This document shows, piece after piece, positions 59,335-64,000 of a DNA stretch of 64,000 nucleotides. The notes under the pieces were generated by a model. It was not told the origin of the DNA and ran no database searches. It worked only from the letters and a program-made list of their open reading frames with translations. A program made the position numbers and the translations under genes. Each line of letters opens with the position of its first letter. Positions within the stretch are counted from its first letter, which is position 1. The stretch is taken from positions 15,748,001-15,812,000 of the forward strand of contig OZ024759.1 in the NCBI GenBank assembly GCA_964016885.1, read 5' to 3'. The DNA is from Eledone cirrhosa. Taxonomy: Eukaryota.

Positions 59335-59700
59335 ATGACAGTATCGGGAGAGCGTCAGGCACCATGCTTTTCAGCATAGAGTTACAGCCCTTTATGCTCT
59401 GCGTTCAAATTCGCCGAGGTTAGCTTTGCCTTTCATAGTCTGACGATGCATGATTGATGCCTGAGCTGTGAAATCTTGCATGCATTAATTTCAACTCGTA
59501 TTATCAATAACTGGTGGATTTGGCAGTATCGGTAGAGGGTCGGACGCCATGCATTGCAGCACAGAGTTACGTCCCTTTACGGACTGAGTTCAAATCTCGC
59601 CGAGGTTAATTTTGCCTTTCATCCTTACGGGATCGATAAAATAAAGTACCAGTAATGCACTGATGTAATTGCTAGCCTTGTGCCAAAAGTAGAAATTATT
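59335..59700 (+). mobile_element. Two S1 SINE copies (59335-59436 partial; 59512-59700)
   Basis: Homologous to 14896-15082. Confidence 0.8.
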
Positions 59701-59711
59701 ATACTTTAGTG

Positions 59712-60030
59712 AAAGAGTATGGTTTAGTAGTTGGAGCGTTGGGTTTGCAATCGTGAGCTTGTCAGTTCGATGCCCAGACCGAGTGATGGGTTGTGTCCTT
59801 GAGCAAGACACTTTATTTCACGTTGCTCCAGTTTCCTCAGCTGTAGAAATGTGTTGCAACGTCACTGGTGCCAAGCTGCATCGGCCATTGCCTTTCCCTT
59901 GGACAAAATATGTGGGGTGGAGACTGGCATGCATGAGTGACTGCACACAAACAATCTTATCCGGACTCCAGGCTTGGAAAGAACTTTCTCCGTACAAAAC
60001 CCATGGTCATTCGTGACCGAAGTAGGTCTT
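59712..60030 (+). mobile_element. SINE family S2, near full-length
   Basis: tRNA-like head, TGTGTCCTTGAGCAAGACACT core, 3' region ending cgtgaccgaag..ggtctt. Confidence 0.8.
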
Positions 60031-60033
60031 TGC

Positions 60034-60089
<56 letters not shown>

Positions 60090-60209
60090 CAGGTGAGTTT
60101 TATTGTAGCACAATAAAGCAATGCAAATATCGGATAAGTAGCACTCTACAGTTTGTAAGACCGGAGTATAAATAATATAAGATCAAAAGATGGTTAAAAG
60201 AGTTCCAAG

Positions 60210-60280
60210 TATTTTATTATGCGCATTTCAAAAACAAATATCATCATGGGATGATATCTGCGTTCTCATCAGATAAAATA
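60210..60280 (-). ncRNA. Complete hammerhead motif (F5)
   Basis: 8-bp stem I, CTGATGA, ~15-bp stem II, GAAA, palindromic ATGCGCAT stem III, AUA triplet. Confidence 0.88.
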
Positions 60281-60408
60281 GGGAGACATGATATGAAGCT
60301 TAAAAAACAGTTGTGAGCAGTGAAGTTTTAAATCTTCAGTGAAGTTTTAAATCTTGATTTAAAAGTTCACTGCTCACAAGTGTTTTTTAAGCTTCATACC
60401 AGTCTCCC

Positions 60409-60479
60409 TATTTTATCTGATGAGAACGCAGATAACATCCCATGATGATATTTGTTTTTGAAATGCGCATAATAAAATA
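60409..60479 (+). ncRNA. Complete hammerhead motif (F5)
   Basis: TATTTTAT-CTGATGA-GAACGCAGATAACATC ccat GATGATATTTGTTTTT-GAAA-TGCGCA-TA-ATAAAATA. Confidence 0.88.
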
Positions 60480-60541
60480 CTTGGAACTCTTTTAACCATC
60501 TTTTGATCTTATATTAAATATATATATATATATATGTATAT

Positions 60542-60744
60542 ATATGAAAACATTCAGGACCCCGACGGCGGAGCTCGGGCCGTTTCGACAGCTAGATCCG
60601 AACAGTTCGGATATAGCTGCCGAAAAGGCCGGAGTTCAGCCGTCGGGTTCCTGAATCTTTTCATATTACCCACTCTACCACCCCAAGTATCGAGTACTCT
60701 GGTGGGTTATGGAGCACCTGATATATTACCACACCCTCTCTAAC
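60542..60744 (+). mobile_element. Fold-back element, F2 subfamily b
   Basis: Arms 60542-60603 and 60605-60666; tail homologous to the F2 tail. Confidence 0.75.
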
Positions 60745-60764
60745 ATATATATATGTATATATGT

Positions 60765-61164
60765 AGAAGTTATATTTAATTTGTTGGTATACAACAAGCA
60801 AATATTTTTATAACTGATATAAAGCACTCAACAAATTTTTGGATTAAAAATACAATATATTAATAAATGGAAACTATATTTATAAAACCATATTTATTTC
60901 ATTATACATATTTCAAGGACACCAAAGCAAATTATGGTGCGCTTTCATCAAATAAATTATAATATAGATCAGTTTTATAATCCGGGAGCTTCCAACCAAC
61001 ATGGTCGCATTCTTTAAGGGTATGTCAATATTTGTTTATAAAACTGATCTATATTATATTTTATCTGATGAAAGCGCACCATAATTTGCTTTGGTGTCCT
61101 TGAAATATGTATAATGAAATAAATTATGGTTTTATAAATAAAGTTTCCATTTGTTAATATATTG

Positions 61165-61166
<2 letters not shown>
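60765..61166 (-). mobile_element. Fold-back PLE-like element (F8) with a hammerhead in each arm
   Basis: Arms 60851-60980 and 61036-61166; tail 60765-60850 matches 56170-56260; left-arm core is mutated (TTGATGA). Confidence 0.8.
61057..61121 (+). ncRNA. Complete hammerhead motif (F8)
   Basis: TATTTTAT-CTGATGA-AAGCGCACCA..TGGTGTCCTT-GAAA-TATGTA-TA-ATGAAATA. Confidence 0.82.
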
Positions 61167-61203
<37 letters not shown>

Positions 61204-61208
<5 letters not shown>

Positions 61209-61392
61209 AACGAGTAGGACCCCGACGGCTGAGCTCAAGCCGTTTCGACGGCTAATTCTCAGAATTAGCCGTCGAAACGGCTTGAGCTCAGCCGTCGGGG
61301 TCCTACTCGTTCCTATTACCCACTCTACTACCCTAAGTATTGAGTACTTTGGTGTGTTATGGTCCACCTGGTTCCCTACCACATTTCCTTCG

Positions 61393-61395
<3 letters not shown>
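61204..61395 (+). mobile_element. Fold-back element (F2) with a perfect 56-bp palindrome
   Basis: 61204-61259 is the exact reverse complement of 61261-61316; 79-nt tail; (TA)n flanks. Confidence 0.85.
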
Positions 61396-61472
<77 letters not shown>

Positions 61473-62343
61473 GTGACAGTCTGTGGTACTGGCAAAGCTA
61501 ACCTGGCCAAGATTTGATCTCGGAACGTAATAGCTATAAAACATGCTAAAGCATTAATAATGAGATTCTTGTATGTTTACTATACATAAATATATACTAC
61601 ATGCGCCTATTATGTATGTATATGTGTGTATACGTGTGTATGTGTGTATACATACATTCACATTAGCGTTAATATATACATATATAGTTATATAAATTTC
61701 TCTGATGTTATATTTTGAAAGTAAAGTGGGAAATATTGACTGAAGAATTAAATCTGAAATATAACGTCTCTGTGTTTTGTGTGTGTGTATGTGTTTTGTG
61801 TTTTGTGTGTGTCTGTGTGTTAATGTATGGAACCGACTCACTTATTTGTAACTGTCAATTATTTGCTTCCTTTAAGTATAATTTTCTATGCGTGTCTGTC
61901 TATGCATACAGCCACACACACACGTGTGTGTATGTGTGTACATATATATGAACAAACAAACAGAAATATACACATACATATGTATTAGGTATTATATTAA
62001 CAATGAATATAAAAACAGCAAAGGCAAGTTACTTTACCTATTCATATCGTTGATTCACGATCGTTTCGGAGGGTCGATTATATTGATATATTGTCCGATC
62101 TATAGCAGTTATATAACTGTATACTATCAGACCTCATATATAGATTCGATCATACATTTATATATGCCCACACCTACTGATTTCAATTAGATTGCGGCCA
62201 TACTGTGGCACAGTTTTACAGCTTCGAAAGGATTTTATTCGATACACTACTCATGTTTTCAGGTTTGGTACATATTCTATCGAATCCTTATGTCGAACCG
62301 GTATGTTACGGGGTATAAACAATCATTTAACAAATACTCAAAT

Positions 62344-62418
<75 letters not shown>

Positions 62419-62419
<1 letters not shown>

Positions 62420-62896
62420 GCAGATTTATGTCTGTGATTATTGGGGCACTGGGGTATGTTAGAAACTGCCCCAATGCAAATCTTGAGAAGCTGGGCTTCA
62501 CAGGAACAGAAAGAACACAAATAGTTAGGAAATTACAAGTACAATCCATTAATGGAACAGTAAAAATATGTAAAACATTCCAAAAATTTGGCATCTAATA
62601 ACTACATATACACATGTACAGATGCAAAGCATATACACATGCACACAGACAACTCAAAACATCCACATCCACATACAATAACATCCATACCTGCACACAC
62701 ACACATACACATACATGCAGACGTGCATACATATCCACATCCACACATACAATAACATCCATATCTACAAATGCATGCATACATATCTACCTAGTTGATG
62801 TTGTGTAAATTCCAATGAGAGAGTCTTGTGTCTATGTTAGAAACCGACTCTCTTTCTCTATTGGTAAAACTTTGTGAAATTATAAAACCAGAAGAA
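62419..62896 (+). mobile_element. R4/Dong-like non-LTR retrotransposon 3' fragment
   Basis: RFMSVIIGALGYV...KTFQKFGI*; homologous to 18312-18735; preceded by (CA)n and followed by (TACA)n. Confidence 0.8.
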
Positions 62897-62931
62897 CATA
62901 CATACATACATACATACATACATACATAAAT

Positions 62932-62966
<35 letters not shown>

Positions 62967-62975
62967 TACATATAT

Positions 62976-63113
62976 ATAGGAAAAGAGTCAGGATCCCGAC
63001 GCCCGAACTGTTGGGTTCCTGACTCTTTTCCTATTACCCACTCTACTACCCTAAGTATTGAGTACTCTGGTGCGTTATGGTCCACCTGGTATCCTACCCC
63101 ACCCTCTTTGTTA
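62976..63113 (+). mobile_element. Fold-back element, F2 subfamily b
   Basis: Arms 62976-63000 and 63010-63034; tail to 63113. Confidence 0.78.
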
Positions 63114-63119
63114 TATATA

Positions 63120-63152
<33 letters not shown>

Positions 63153-63161
<9 letters not shown>

Positions 63162-63607
63162 TAAAAAAATAATGAATAAAACAATGAAACAGTTCCTTAT
63201 ATTAAACAAAAAGTTCATTATTTAACGATCGTTTCTAGGACATATATGTGTTAGAATTGGCATGCATATTCAACAGATCTATGTACAAAATTATACAAAA
63301 TTATACAAACTATCAAATAGAATATACATACCAACACATACATATGCCGTCTTCAGAAATAATCAATTCTAACACATATATGTCCTAGAAACGATCGTTA
63401 AATAATGAACTTTTTTTGTTTAATATAAGGAACTGTTTCATTGTTTTATTCATTATTTTTTTAATATTTTATCTTGACTCTGTATTCCGTTTATCTTTCA
63501 CCGAAAGTGATTTTTGAATGCATCTCTTCTTTCCATGATATCCGGATTACATTGAGTTCTTCATACGGATTGGACACTACCGTAAACTTTTGGTAGATTT
63601 ATCTACA
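63153..63607 (+). mobile_element. Fold-back PLE-like element (F9)
   Basis: ~108-bp arms 63153-63259 and 63364-63472, tail 63473-63607, (TA)n flanks. Confidence 0.8.
63217..63363 (-). ncRNA. Hammerhead motif with a greatly extended stem II
   Basis: ATTATTT-CTGAAGA-[114-nt imperfect hairpin]-GAAA-CGATCG-TT-AAATAAT. Confidence 0.78.
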
Positions 63608-64000
63608 TATATATATATATATATATATATACGCCACCTACAAATGGTTATAACCTATAGGCTATATTAGAAGACGTATAGGACTGTGTGTGTGTGTGTA
63701 TATGTGTATACCTTTATGTGAGTATGGGTGGCTCAGTGTGCATATCTATGATTTTGCGTATATGTGTGTGTGCATGTATATGTGTGTGTGTGTGCATGTA
63801 TATATATGTTTACTTGTATGTGTATGTGTGTGTTCGTCTATGAAATATGAAATTCTAGTCTAAATCTGGCAGACAGTTATTATGGTCAGTCTCTCCTATC
63901 TTTTATATTTGAAACATTTCTCATGTCTAGACAACGATGAATGGGTGTCCTATACAAACTTAAATGTCTATTATAATTATATATGAGTATATTTATATAT

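Larger units (their letters stand above)
60088..60516 (-). mobile_element. Fold-back PLE-like element (F5) with a hammerhead in each arm
   Basis: ~161-bp arms 60173-60334 and 60356-60516, tail 60088-60172, 19-bp tandem duplication at the fold, (TA)n flanks. Confidence 0.85.

Overview
This is AT-rich eukaryotic DNA dominated by (TA)n/(CA)n/(TG)n microsatellites, minisatellites and mobile-element debris. The SINE repertoire (tRNA-derived, with Nin/Deu-like and CORE-like domains) suggests a mollusc, probably an octopus; this is inference. I can support no intact host protein-coding gene, and nearly all supplied ORFs are microsatellite artefacts. The real coding remnants are non-LTR retrotransposon fragments (Tx1/L1-like, RTE-like, R4/Dong-like RLE). 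The main signal is about 15 short fold-back insertions from roughly 9 families, almost all embedded in (TA)n. Each has an inverted duplicate arm and a one-sided tail. Many of them, plus related non-fold-back copies, carry minimal type-I hammerhead ribozyme motifs (stem I-CUGANGA-stem II-GAAA-palindromic stem III-UH-stem I'). Six motif copies have an intact catalytic core and stems. This combination matches Penelope-like element (PLE) termini. Also present are Helitron/HINE-like elements, hAT, piggyBac and pogo-type MITEs, a SINE-derived satellite and a 200-N gap. All structures were read by eye; no folding or database search was run.
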